Shown here: piece by piece, positions 27,795 to 38,709 of the stretch
Layout: the number at the start of each line of letters is the position of its first letter
How positions within the stretch are numbered: the first letter of the stretch is position 1
DNA from: a virus
Lineage: Duplodnaviria; Caudoviricetes
Reading direction: 5' to 3' (one strand)
DNA: 64,000 bases
IMG/VR virus record: IMGVR_UViG_3300036784_000146
Location: 79,611-143,610 of that record
Program-made: the position numbers and the translations under genes
The notes under the pieces: generated by a model
The model's input: the letters and a program-made list of their open reading frames with translations, nothing else
What the model was told of the DNA's origin: nothing
The model's database searches: none

Positions 27795-30700
27795 TGGGGA
27801 TCTGCAAGCTGGAATCGTTTCGCTACGAGTGCGACCGCTGCGGGGATGTCGCCGAGCATCCCGATCACAAGGCTGCCGTCGAGCGGGGCTGGATGCAGTT
27901 TCCGCCCATCGACGGTCTGCGGGTTCGGGTGTTGTGTCCCACCGACGCCACGAAGCTGGACCGGTTCCTGCAGGGCAATAAGACCCCGTGCAGCATCAAC
28001 TTCAACGACAACGAGGAATCACGCTGGCTTCGGAGCTGTGGTCAATAGCGTCTGGCGTTAGAGACAAATTAGAGGTAAATTAGAGCCCATGACTGAGACA
28101 CACACACGACCCGCGCACGGGGGCCTTGGGCCCCCTCCCACCTGGTTCATGGTGCGCAAGATCGACACCATGTACCGGGAGGGCTACGAGGTCAGCTACC
28201 GGACTCTTGACGTTTTGCATCGACACAAGTCCCGCCACGTGTTCGAGGACTTCTCCACCCGGGAAGCCGCCGTCGACCACGGCCTCGCCCAGGGCTGGGT
28301 TCATGTCAAGACTTGGAAGGAAGCCCGAGAGCTGGCCCAGCCCTGGATTGATGCTGGTGCCGCCGAGCGTGACCGGCGCAAGCTGGCCAGGGAGAACACC
28401 ACCAGCGTCGTGATCGGCACCCACGAGACGCGGCGGTTCTACGTCGACACCCAGCTGGCCGACCAGTTGCGCAAGCTGCTGTCCGACGCGGCAGACTCCG
28501 ACGGCGTGGTCCGTGATTTCGGCGACGGCCGGGTGTGGACCGGCTGATGGCACTCAAGGCATACCGGATGGGCACCGATGACGAGGTGTTTCCTGGCGAT
28601 CAGGTGGAGAACCCTAACAGTGGCCGCATCGGGATTTTGGTCAACTGCCGAAGGGCCGCCCGACCGGGTAGGGACGGGTCGGTGTTTGTTTACTGGCCCG
28701 ACGACGGCAGCTCACGGCGGTACTACGACCACGTGTTCGGTCTCGATGTCCAGGAGGCGAGCTGATGATTCGAGTAACGCTTCAACAGGAGGCGATAACC
28801 AGGCGGATTATCTGCCGGGTGAACGACAGTCCCCGCAACATCTCGATGTTGTCCCTGCGCGGTGCACAGCGTGAGATTACCGGCGCTCTCATCTCTGAAG
28901 GATGCTCTCCGACAGGATTGTGGCAGCGTGTTGAGTCGGACAGCGGTCAAATAGAACGCTGGTTCGACTCGTGACCAACTCAGACAAGGTCATCGAGAAT
29001 CGCATCCGGCGCAAGCTGGCTCGACGTCATGGCTGGACCTTGCACAAGAATCCCCGGCGCGATCCGCTGGCTTCCGACTACGGCAGCTACGTCATTCGCG
29101 ACGAGCACGGTGCCATAGTGGATACCTACGTCGACCTCTTTGCGTTGGCAGTGTGGGAGAACCAGTGATGGCGCCCAACTTCTGCTCGAATTGCGGGCAT
29201 CGGATCTACCAGCACAACGCGGACGGGTGCGAGCACGTCGACATCACCGAGGCCGAGGGCGAAGGTCCTCTTCAGCGCCAGATGGTCACCGTGCGCACCC
29301 CGTGCGACTGCAAGCAACCTCACCCGTTGATGATCGGAGCCGACACATGATGTACCGCAACTACGAGACCCCCGTCTACGCCCGTCCGCTGTTTGAGTCG
29401 GAGTCGGTGCGCGTCGTCTACGTGCCGGTGCCGATGCAGGCCCCCACCCGCTCCCCGAACAACGTGGTGCGCTTCATGGCCTGGCTGCTGGCAGCTGGTC
29501 TGGCGTCCTTCGTCATCACCATGGCGATCATGATGTTGATCGCGTTCTCCGGAGGGTTCGGCTGATGTGGTACGAGAACCACGCCACCCTGGTGGCGTTC
29601 GGCCGGGTTATGACCAAGGTCGACGGCTGGGGCGCCGAGGAGGTGCTTGACTACTTCGAGGAGCCCTGGAAGTGGGAGCCCGAGCACACCGACTGGTCGC
29701 ACAGGGGGCGCCCGCACGGGCCCGAGGACGACGGCTGGGAACTGTTCGTTAAGGCGATGGAGAAGCTATGACCGTCAAGACGACCACGACGCACACACTG
29801 GTGTGCGACCGCTGTCCGCGTGAGCAGCCGGTTGACTTCGACCCGATGCACACCGATCTGTCCAACGGCTGGCAGTGGTGGACGCGCCGAGGAGTTGAGG
29901 GGTGCTTCGGCACCACCCAGCGTCTGCTTTGCCCGGATTGCACAGAACGTCTGACATTGTTCTTGGAGGGCCACACGACCGCGCGCGGCCGCGTGTTCAA
30001 CCGTGAGGAGGCCGATCGTCGTTACCGGGCGCATCGGGCCCAAGAAAAGCACGACGAAGACGAAAGGTACGCGCCGTGGAACTGATCAAGGGGGAGACAT
30101 AATGCCAGCAGGATTCGGGAGAGCCCACGGGCGGCGCAGCCGCGGCAACCTGGCCCACACCGGTGGCAGCGAGCACAAGCACGTCACCGTCACGAGCCAC
30201 CGCGACACCCCCGACGGGTCCTGCTGGGGCTGCTACTACCACAAGCGGGAGCCTTGGGAGCACGAGCCCGGCCAATGCCCGGTGTGGTACGCCCGCGCTT
30301 CGGACTTCAGCGGTGCCTGATGCGCGTCGAGTGGAAGTGCATGACGATGGGCTGCTCCAAGGGCATCCACGTCGGCACAGTCTGGAAGCCCAGCCGGGAG
30401 GCCAAGAAAGCCAACCCGGGGGCGACCGAGTACATGATCGCCGTGCAGCTGGGTCTGTGCACCGATCCGCTGCCGCTAGACCGCAGCCACTTCGCCCTGG
30501 TGGCTATGGATGACCGGCCCGGGGTGCTACAGGTGCATCCCTGGACGGAACTGAAGGTAATCGATTAAGGAGACACACACCATGAGAAAAGTCCTACTGG
30601 GGGTGATGGCGGCCCTCTCGATATCGGGATGCGCCAAGACGACACCGGCCGCCCCACCGGCCCCACACGACGGCGGCAATTTCTTCAAGTACTACGAGTA

Positions 30701-31614
30701 CGTGCTGACGAGTCCCCATCCCGACGACACCTCCTGCCAGCCCAAGGATCTACACGACCTACTGATCGCGCCTTGCGACGGGCAGCCGTGAGGGTCCGCG
30801 ACGAGGCGGCCTGGCAGGAACGCCGGGCGGCGCTGACCGAGGACGGCGAGATCGGCCAGGAGTTCCTGAAGTTCGTCGAGGACTGGGCCGACACGGCCGA
30901 AAGAGACTACGACGACCAGACGAGCACCACCGACTGGATCCGCCAGGCGTTACCCAAAGTCGAGGAGAGGCACGGCCGAGTGGACTTCATGTTCCTCGGC
31001 CAGATGCTGGCGGTGCTGGCCGAGCACTGGGAATACGGCCCCCAGCTGATGAGGGGTCTCACCCCCATCGAGCGCCGCCTGGTGGAAGACCTGACCTTGT
31101 TGAAGGTCGCAGTGGAACAGAAGAAAGCAGAGACACATGGAAACCTTTGAGACCCTGGCGGTCAGCGTGCTGCTGATCGTCTGGGCGGTCACCGTCTTCC
31201 TGATGGTGCACTGGCGCCACGTGCTGGACGACCCCAACTACTACTGGCGCCTGAAGCAGGAAGAGCGCGACTGGTTCGCCTGGACGATTGCGGTAAAGGG
31301 CACGGTGTCCGCCAATGACTAGCGTGCCCCAGATCCCCCAAGACCTGCCCGCTCGGCTGGACAGCTTCGAGCTGACTATCAGGATGGATGCGACCCTGAC
31401 CGTAAACGGTGACCAATGGTTCAAGCCTGGCGCCGAGGGCTCCATGAAGTGGAAGGGCTACGAGTGGTCCGGTCAGTGGGTCGACCCGATCCCCACCGAG
31501 GCCGAGCTGCGCACGGCCTACCAGCTGATCCAGTCCGGCATCCTGGCGCCGGTGCTCCAAGAGGTGATCACCGCCGCGCAGGCCCGGATCTCGGAGGCGA
31601 GGAAGGGCGCCTGA
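27794..31614 (+). other. Cluster of about 14 small translationally coupled hypothetical genes: 27794-28048, 28089-28547, 28547-28765, 28765-28974, 28971-29168, 29168-29350, 29347-29565 (membrane), 29565-29771, 29768-30085, 30102-30320, 30320-30568, 30788-31150, 31137-31322 (membrane), 31315-31614
   Basis: Back-to-back ORFs with TGATG/ATGA overlaps; several have CxxC motifs; no recognisable family. Confidence 0.6.
30582..30791 (+). CDS. Small lipoprotein
   Basis: Signal peptide with an ISG-C lipobox; AAGGAGACACACAC start motif. Confidence 0.65.
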   Translation: MRKVLLGVMAALSISGCAKTTPAAPPAPHDGGNFFKYYEYVLTSPHPDDTSCQPKDLHDLLIAPCDGQP

Positions 31615-31682
31615 TCAGTACATTAGGTATGTCTTAGGGGTAAGTTATAGTAAGATTGTAGGAACGAGAGGAGACACACGAA

Positions 31683-32408
31683 ATGCCTGAGCAAAGCGAG
31701 GTCGTGTTAGCGGCCGTAAGCGAGCTGGTCAAGGCGTCTGGCGGCGATGCCGTCGTGGCGCTGCAGGCCTTACTCGAACAAACACAGCGCGATCTGGTCG
31801 TCGCCGAGAAGTCGACGGTGGCCGGTCGCAAAGCAAAATACCGCAAGATGTGGGAGGACTTCGAGTCCGACACCAACGTCGAGGATCTGGTCGGGACGGC
31901 CGAGAAGTTCAACGGCCTGATCGACCGCATCGCCAAGAACCACTTGGCGATGCCCGACGGGATCATGACGGCGCCGCAGGCTCAGGGCTTCATGGAGGAG
32001 CACCTGGAATCCCGCGACGTCACCGAGGTCCTGGATGCCCGCAAGGAGCTGCGTAAGGCCGCTGTGTTCGCCCATATCGATGCGGTGCTGGAAGCGCAAG
32101 GGGTCGCCGACCCCGGCAACGCTAACGGCGAGCTGGAAGTCCCCGAGTGCGGCATGAAGTTCTCGCGCGAGGGGGCCGGGCTCGGAGATCCCGAGCTGGA
32201 CGAAGGCAAGTTGCGCGTGGCGTTGGGCGAGGCGGTCTGGGCACAGATCAGCGATAAGGAGATCATTCCGGCTCGCGTGGAGCTGTTGCTGAACAAGACT
32301 CGGCTGCTCGACCTGGCTAACCGGGATCCACAGATCCTGGAAAAGCTGCGCGACTGCCTGATCCCCGGCAAGCCCAAGTCACCGCGTCTCAACGTCCGGA
32401 AGTTGTGA
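31683..32408 (+). CDS. Hypothetical phage protein
   Basis: 241 aa; follows an AT-rich promoter-like gap (31615-31660) and the GGAGACACAC motif. Confidence 0.7.
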   Translation: MPEQSEVVLAAVSELVKASGGDAVVALQALLEQTQRDLVVAEKSTVAGRKAKYRKMWEDFESDTNVEDLVGTAEKFNGLIDRIAKNHLAMPDGIMTAPQAQGFMEEHLESRDVTEVLDARKELRKAAVFAHIDAVLEAQGVADPGNANGELEVPECGMKFSREGAGLGDPELDEGKLRVALGEAVWAQISDKEIIPARVELLLNKTRLLDLANRDPQILEKLRDCLIPGKPKSPRLNVRKL

Positions 32409-32423
32409 TTTTGGGAGCGGTGA

Positions 32424-32996
32424 ATGCAGGAAAACACAGAGGAGGACTGGGCGCTCGTAGCAGCGCGCCAGTTTTCTGAATCAGCCAGCGGGATGGGCCT
32501 GAAGGTCCCGATCGAGGCCGTGGCCGAGGTCTTTCGTCAGATCGAGACGATTGACATCGACCTGGCCGGGGTCGAACGCGTCTACAACACCGAGGAGACA
32601 GCGCAGTTCCTCGGCAAGAGTTCGCAATGGATGTACTGGGCGCTCAAGCTCCGCGAGGATAACGGCGGCGACCAGTTCTACCGGCCGAAGGTGGATTCCG
32701 ACACCAAGGAGCCGGTGTTCGACGAGCAGGGTAATCCGGTGCTGGAACGCATCGAACCCGAGCGCATCGGCAAGAAAGGCATCCGTCGCTACACGCTGAA
32801 GATGATCCAGGAGATGGGCGTGTCGATGCATCGCAACGCCACCATCGACTTCGACGAGCTGAAGGGGGTCGTCCGGCGTGTACAGATGGCCCGGATGGGC
32901 AGATGGCATCCGGCCGTGAAGAAGAAGCCCAAACGCAAACGCAAGACCAGCAAAGCAGAGGCATCACGTGGACCAGAAGAGCAAGGAGCTGATTGA
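32424..32996 (+). CDS. MerR/excisionase-like HTH DNA-binding protein
   Basis: 'YNTEETAQFLGKSSQWMYW...GIRRYTL' wing-helix pattern; basic C-terminus. Confidence 0.65.
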   Translation: MQENTEEDWALVAARQFSESASGMGLKVPIEAVAEVFRQIETIDIDLAGVERVYNTEETAQFLGKSSQWMYWALKLREDNGGDQFYRPKVDSDTKEPVFDEQGNPVLERIEPERIGKKGIRRYTLKMIQEMGVSMHRNATIDFDELKGVVRRVQMARMGRWHPAVKKKPKRKRKTSKAEASRGPEEQGAD

Positions 32997-34029
32997 CGGC
33001 TTCGTCAAGGAAGGACGCACCCGGGCGCTGACCTACCTGGCTGGGATCACTCCGGCATCAGAGCTGTACCCGCTAGGGCGTGGCTCCGGTGCTGACGTCT
33101 ACGACGAGTACGGGGCTGTCTTCCTGGACTTCGCCATAGGCACCCAGCTGCTGTTCGGTCATCGCGATCCGGCAGTCGCCGAGCGGATTCTGGTCCAGAT
33201 CCAGCACCACACCTGGCAGGGCGGTTACGGCCAGTACCAGGACCGGCTGGTGAGCGAGTTCGCCGAGCAGCTGTCGTCGCGGTTCCCCGCCGATCAGGGC
33301 ACTCCCAAGCAGGTGTGCTTCGTGTCCAGCGTCTACGAGGCGCGCACGGTGGCCGCCAACATCTGCCTGCCGCCAGCGGCCGGGGGTGCGTACTTCCTGA
33401 CCCTGCTGGATCCCCAAGGCAATCCCCGCGAGGGTGGCGAGATCCAGGACGATGTGCATCGGGCCCGCGCCCAAGGGCTGAAGATTGTCGCCGACGAGGT
33501 CGACACCGGCTGGGGGCGCACCGGCACGTTCTGCTTCTACGAGCAGTACCACACGGTGCCCGACGTGGTGATCCTGGACAGTGCCGGGATGGCCGGGATC
33601 CCGTCGGCGGCGGTGATCGCCGGACGCCATTTGTTTGAGGGGCCCGCATTTCTTACGGTGCGTAAGCACATCGAGCTGGTGCCCAACCCGTTGGCGTGTG
33701 CAGCCGGATCGTCACTGCTGGAACGGATCACGCCGGAGTTGATGAAGCATGTCGAAACGTTGGGGGCGGTGCTGCGTTCCGAATTAGACTCGGTGTGTGG
33801 CCAGTTTGGCCACGTCCTGACTGGTTCCTCGGGAGCCGGTCTGGTGCGGACGATCAGGCTTGCCGTCCCCTCCCGGGCCGACGAGTTCCGAGCATTCTGC
33901 CGCAACGCAGGGTTACTGATCCAGCCGAACCTCCGGCTAACCCCACCACTGACGGTGACCGAGAAACAGGTCAGGGGCGCGGTGGACGCCGTTGCAGCGG
34001 CGTGCATCGACATGGGTGGTGTGTTGTGA
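32968..34029 (+). CDS. Class III aminotransferase-fold protein, degenerate (Schiff-base lysine apparently absent)
   Basis: 'RGSG..VYDE.G..FLDF...LFGH', 'IVADEVDTGWGRTG', 'NPLACAA', 'LRLTPPL'. Confidence 0.8.
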   Translation: MDQKSKELIDGFVKEGRTRALTYLAGITPASELYPLGRGSGADVYDEYGAVFLDFAIGTQLLFGHRDPAVAERILVQIQHHTWQGGYGQYQDRLVSEFAEQLSSRFPADQGTPKQVCFVSSVYEARTVAANICLPPAAGGAYFLTLLDPQGNPREGGEIQDDVHRARAQGLKIVADEVDTGWGRTGTFCFYEQYHTVPDVVILDSAGMAGIPSAAVIAGRHLFEGPAFLTVRKHIELVPNPLACAAGSSLLERITPELMKHVETLGAVLRSELDSVCGQFGHVLTGSSGAGLVRTIRLAVPSRADEFRAFCRNAGLLIQPNLRLTPPLTVTEKQVRGAVDAVAAACIDMGGVL

Positions 34030-34486
34030 GGGGGAGGGATGATGAACACCGGAGAGCCGGACGAGATACATACCAAGACCGAGGTGGCGATGATCATCGT
34101 GGGGCTGGGGATCATGGCGATCTTTCTGATGATCGTCCTCTGAAGATCGACCAGATCTACGCCGGTCAGCTTGACGCGGTCTACGACGCGTGGTCCAAGC
34201 TGGATAAGGCGCGTGAGGCCTACATGCGTCAGCTGTATGCCGATATCGCCGACTTCCGCAGTGCCCACTGGTCTGATCCCATGAGGCTGTTGGTGGCCGA
34301 ACAGGACTGGGACATCGTGGTGGCCGGGACCTATCACTACCCCGCCGACGCGAAATACTCGCACGAAAAGGTGTGGCATAACCCGGCCAATCACCCCGGG
34401 GAAGGGACAATTCTGGGTATCCCGGCCCGCAAGGATGCCACCGTTACCCCCGGCCGAGCCCGGTTGATTGGCGTAGGAGGTCAGCG

Positions 34487-34657
34487 ATGATCAATCCGCC
34501 GTGCCCGAAGCCGAACAAGAAGGCCTATGACCGGCTGTCGGCTGCACTCAAGGCCGCCGACAAGGTCACCCGCTTTGATGCCCGGCCCTACCAATGTGAG
34601 TGTGGGAGATGGCATCTGACCAGCATCAAGATGGCAGAGAAGGAGCGCCGACGGTGA
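34487..34657 (+). CDS. Small Zn-binding protein (Y.CECGRWHLTS)
   Basis: AGGAGG RBS; 56 aa; motif common in actinophage small proteins; not in the ORF track. Confidence 0.55.
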   Translation: MINPPCPKPNKKAYDRLSAALKAADKVTRFDARPYQCECGRWHLTSIKMAEKERRR

Positions 34658-35451
34658 CCGCCCCGATCGACGACGTTGCGTCCGACTCCTTGTCCGACAA
34701 GGAGGCCGCGCGCGTTTACGAGCGCTTCCCTGACCTGCGCAAGCAGTGCCCGACCTGCAAGGGCCGAGGGTCCTATTGCTGGGAGGGCAAGGAGTACGAA
34801 TGCGATTGCGCGCGCCAGATCTCGCTGGCCAAGCACTACACCGCCGCCGGGATCGGTCGGGACTTCCAGCGTATGGACTGGTCGGACTGGCAGGGCAGCG
34901 AAGCGGCGTTCCGTCAGATTCACGACTATCTGCTCAGGTATGAGGCCTACCTGGATCGTGGTGTGGGGTTGGTGTTGTGGGGTGAGGTCGGCACAGGTAA
35001 GACCTTCTTGGCCAACATGATCGCCAAGGAACTGGTCCGGCGTCGGGTCACCACCTACGCATCCACCGCCTCCAACATGGTGGAAGCCTTCACTGCGAGC
35101 TGGGGCGGTTCGGAGGAGGCAGGGATTCAAAAGGCGTGGTTCGCGCGTAAATTCATGTACTCCGACGCGCTGGTCATCGATGACATCGGCAAGGAGTTCA
35201 AATCCAACAACCGGCTGTCGCCAACCACTTTCGACATGATCTTGCGCACTCGTGACCAGGACAGCCGGGCCACATTCATCGCTACCAACCTGGCTGGTCA
35301 GCAATTGTCGTTCGGCTACGGCGCGTCGGTCCTGAGTATGGTGCAGGGTCGCAATATCTTGGTCGAGGTCGTCGGGGTGGATTATCGACTGAGCAGTGGT
35401 CATATCCGACGCAGGGAGATCGACCAGGGCGAAACGCGCCCGATCGTGTGA
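34654..35451 (+). CDS. DnaC/IstB-like AAA+ helicase loader
   Basis: CPTC...CDC Zn module, GEVGTGKT Walker A, LVIDDIGKE Walker B, IATN; upstream of DnaB. Confidence 0.88.
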   Translation: MTAPIDDVASDSLSDKEAARVYERFPDLRKQCPTCKGRGSYCWEGKEYECDCARQISLAKHYTAAGIGRDFQRMDWSDWQGSEAAFRQIHDYLLRYEAYLDRGVGLVLWGEVGTGKTFLANMIAKELVRRRVTTYASTASNMVEAFTASWGGSEEAGIQKAWFARKFMYSDALVIDDIGKEFKSNNRLSPTTFDMILRTRDQDSRATFIATNLAGQQLSFGYGASVLSMVQGRNILVEVVGVDYRLSSGHIRRREIDQGETRPIV

Positions 35452-35465
35452 GAGGGGGAGTTCTA

Positions 35466-35747
35466 ATGAGTGTCCATCGTCCCAAGGTCCAGCAGGGGCG
35501 CAAGTGCACACGCATCAAACCGGCGCTGCACATTCCCGACCATGCCACCAACCACCACAAACGCATCGACAGAGTCCTTGGCGAGATCGTCTATGACCAC
35601 GAGAAGCCGATCGGTCCTCCTAAGCCTCCGACCGAACCCAGTACTCACAGACATAAGTACAAGAAGCTATTGCGGGTGAACCCCGAGAATGGTAATCGCG
35701 TGATGGGCTGCAACTGCGGGGATTACACGGTGGTGCCAGTGCCATGA
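35466..35747 (+). CDS. Hypothetical His/Cys-rich protein
   Basis: RBS GGGGAG; 93 aa. Confidence 0.45.
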   Translation: MSVHRPKVQQGRKCTRIKPALHIPDHATNHHKRIDRVLGEIVYDHEKPIGPPKPPTEPSTHRHKYKKLLRVNPENGNRVMGCNCGDYTVVPVP

Positions 35748-35952
35748 GGGACCTGTTGCACCGGCTGTGGCTGAAGATCCTACGAACGATCGGATTGGGC
35801 GATGAGTGAGCCCGAGCCCACCATCGGCAAAGTGGTCAAGAAGGCCGAGGAGGTAAGCCCGGCGGCTCTGCGTGTCGGCGGCATGTTCTTCAGATGGGAG
35901 GCCACAATCGATATCTCTGAGGGCCCCGACAACTGGAAGGTGGTGTCCCAGC

Positions 35953-37215
35953 GTGTCTGAGCTGGAACGGCGGCTGCTGGCCAACCTCACCACCTCCGAC
36001 GAGATGGCGGTGGCCTGGGACCTGGGCCTGTCCTCGTCGGCGTTCACCGAGCCCGTCTGCGCGGCGATCTTCAACTTTATGGTCGGCTACTGGCAGCAGG
36101 AGCATCAACGGCTGGCCCCCACGCTCAATGTGGTGGCCAATCAGTTCCCCGGAGTGTTCCTGCCTACCGACGAGGCGATCTCGACCACCTGGGCCGCCGA
36201 GAAGCTCAAGAACGACTTCGCGGCACTGAACATCCAGGAGAAGATGCTCGAAGCTGCCAAGATCGCCATGGTGGATCCGCAGGGCGCGGTGAAGTACCTG
36301 CGCGCGGAGTCTCACGCGATGGCCGAGGACATCACGCCGCGCCATTCGCGCTCCAACATGGCCACCAACATCGACGAGCGCCGACAGCGCTACTTGGAAC
36401 GCACCCAGGGTGACGGGCAGGGTGTCACGCTGGGCATCCCCGAGTTGGATGCCTGGACCAACGGGCTGCTGCCGTCCGAGCTGGCGGTGATCGGTGCTTA
36501 CTCCAAGACCGGTAAGACCATGTTCTTGGCCAATTGTGCGGTGGCTGCCCGCAACGCCGGGCTGAAGCCGATCTTCTTCTCCCTGGAAATGCCCAAGGGG
36601 GAGATCGAGGACCGCATCGACGCGATGTACTCCCGATTGTCCTACGATCGGCTCTCGCACAGCCGCCTGACCATCGAGGAGATGCAGGTTCTGCACGAGA
36701 AACAGGCCGAATTGGCCGCGTTGGGGGATCTGCTGATCGAGCAACCCGAGGGCGATGACCGCCAGGCGGCCTCGTTGGTCAACCGGGCCCGCCATGTCGG
36801 TGCCGATCTGATCATCATTGACCAGCTCTCTGAGATGGAGCCCGGTCGCAAGACCAAGGACCTCAAGGAGCACCACTCGGTGTGCATGAAGCAGCTCAAG
36901 ACCGAGTTGGGTCGGGGGTCGGCCGGGCGGTTACCGGCCTTGCTGGCCGTGCAGCTCAACCGGGACAGCCAGACCCGCCGAGAGGGCATCGGGCTGGACT
37001 CCTTCGCCAACGCCACCGAGATCGAGGCGATTTGCGACTTGGCGTTGGGCCTGTGGCGCACCGATGAGATGCGCCAGCAGAACGGCATGCGGCTGAAGAT
37101 CCTCGGCGCGCGCCGGTCTGGTCTGCGCGAGTGGTCGCTGCACTGGCATCTGGTTATGCGCACCGAGATCCGGGTCGACAAGGTGATCGACGACAATCCG
37201 CTGGCCACGTCGTGA
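35953..37215 (+). CDS. dnaB: DnaB-like replicative helicase
   Basis: 'LDAWTNGL.P.EL.VIGAYSKTGKT', FSLEM, IIIDQL, VQLNR, IEAICD. Confidence 0.9.
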   Translation: MSELERRLLANLTTSDEMAVAWDLGLSSSAFTEPVCAAIFNFMVGYWQQEHQRLAPTLNVVANQFPGVFLPTDEAISTTWAAEKLKNDFAALNIQEKMLEAAKIAMVDPQGAVKYLRAESHAMAEDITPRHSRSNMATNIDERRQRYLERTQGDGQGVTLGIPELDAWTNGLLPSELAVIGAYSKTGKTMFLANCAVAARNAGLKPIFFSLEMPKGEIEDRIDAMYSRLSYDRLSHSRLTIEEMQVLHEKQAELAALGDLLIEQPEGDDRQAASLVNRARHVGADLIIIDQLSEMEPGRKTKDLKEHHSVCMKQLKTELGRGSAGRLPALLAVQLNRDSQTRREGIGLDSFANATEIEAICDLALGLWRTDEMRQQNGMRLKILGARRSGLREWSLHWHLVMRTEIRVDKVIDDNPLATS

Positions 37216-38303
37216 CAGACGTCGGCATGCAGTCGCTCTCCGAGCGCCGTTGGTATTACCGCTACCTCAACGCGTTGGACGCGCGCGAGGTGCTCGACCA
37301 CTACGGCGCCGAGAACATCACCGAGATGCCCGGCGGGGAGGGCACCACCGAGCTGGTGCACAGCTGCTTGCTGGACCGGGTGGATCCGCACCACAAGAAC
37401 GGGGACGCCCACCCCAGTGCGTCGGTCAACGTCGAGAAGCGCAAGTTCATCTGCTACGCCAGCAAGTGGCGCGGAGACCTGTTCCACCTGGTGATGAAGA
37501 TGGAGGGCAAGGAGTCCTTCTCCGATGCCCTACTGGCCGTCTCCGATCTGATCCACGCCGGGCCCGACGACGAGCAGGGCTTCAGGGCCAAGCTCACTCG
37601 GACGATGTCGAAGCCGGGCATGTACGCCATCGCGCCTCCGGACTACGGGCTGAGCATCCTCAACCCGTGGCGCCAGTGGTCGATGCCGCATCCCTACCTC
37701 AGCTCGCGCGGCATCACCGAGGAGGCGGTCGAGCTACTGCAGCTGGGCTGGGACGACCAGGACAATCGCATCGTGTTCCCGCACTTTTTCGAGGGCAAGC
37801 TGGTCGGCTTCCAGAAGCGGGCCATTCCCGCCGGTCCGACCTGGCCGCCGACGGCCGAGCCGGAACCCAAGTACCGCAGCAGCCTGGGCTTCCCGAAGGC
37901 TGAGACGCTCTACGGCTACGACCGGGCTCGCAACGCCAAGCTGGGCAACGTGATCGTGGTCGAGTCGCCGTTCAGCGTGGCCAAGGCCCACAGCCTGGGT
38001 CTTCCTCTCCCTGTGGTGGCGACGTTCGGGGCCAAGGTCACCGACAACCAGCTGGCGCTGCTCAACAACTTCGATCTCGTCAGGGTGTGGTTCGACGACG
38101 ATCCGGCCGGACGTTCCGGGGAGCGGCACATCGTCGAGAACTTGGGAATGAACAAGGTCCTAGTCGTCGAGCCGGACCCGGGAATGGATCTGGCCGACTA
38201 CGATACGAAAGAGCACGTCCAAGCAAAGCTCGCGCAGGCCGTACCCGCGTTCATGAAGCGGGCGCAGTACGACACCGTGGGCCTTCGAAGGAGCATGAAA
38301 TAA
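37212..38303 (+). CDS. DNA primase (Zn-binding plus Toprim)
   Basis: H...HPSASVN...FIC Zn domain; RIVFP, PKY, LYG, VVES, WFDDDPAG Toprim motifs; follows DnaB. Confidence 0.88.
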   Translation: MTDVGMQSLSERRWYYRYLNALDAREVLDHYGAENITEMPGGEGTTELVHSCLLDRVDPHHKNGDAHPSASVNVEKRKFICYASKWRGDLFHLVMKMEGKESFSDALLAVSDLIHAGPDDEQGFRAKLTRTMSKPGMYAIAPPDYGLSILNPWRQWSMPHPYLSSRGITEEAVELLQLGWDDQDNRIVFPHFFEGKLVGFQKRAIPAGPTWPPTAEPEPKYRSSLGFPKAETLYGYDRARNAKLGNVIVVESPFSVAKAHSLGLPLPVVATFGAKVTDNQLALLNNFDLVRVWFDDDPAGRSGERHIVENLGMNKVLVVEPDPGMDLADYDTKEHVQAKLAQAVPAFMKRAQYDTVGLRRSMK

Positions 38304-38467
38304 TGGATCCAGCCACGTTGCACGCAATTCTCGTCTTCAGCGTTCTAGCCATCGCCATCGTTCAGGTGGCGTCGTTCATCTTGCGGGTCGCCCCGTGGGG
38401 TGGTCCTGCGACTCCTCCCACCTACGGCGGCAACCCGGTCGTCACCGGCGTCCAAACCCGGCCGTAA
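38303..38467 (+). CDS. Small membrane protein
   Basis: TAATG overlap; hydrophobic AILVFSVLAIAIVQVASFIL. Confidence 0.55.
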   Translation: MDPATLHAILVFSVLAIAIVQVASFILRVAPWGGPATPPTYGGNPVVTGVQTRP

Positions 38468-38709
38468 ATGGGGGATAAGCGGCCCAGCGTCCGTACGCTG
38501 CCCGACGGCTACCGGGTGACTCACCATCCGAGTGGCAAGCAGGTCTTGCTGCCCGGGCAGAGTCGCCTGCGTCAACGGATGCTGGCCGCCCATCCCGCGC
38601 ACCGCAAGGCACGACAGCAGCAGCACGATCGACATCACGAGCTGGTAGACCGTAAGCGAGCCAGCCTGGCCGCCCATCCCGCCGTCCCACCCAGCAAGAG
38701 GTGCTGTTA

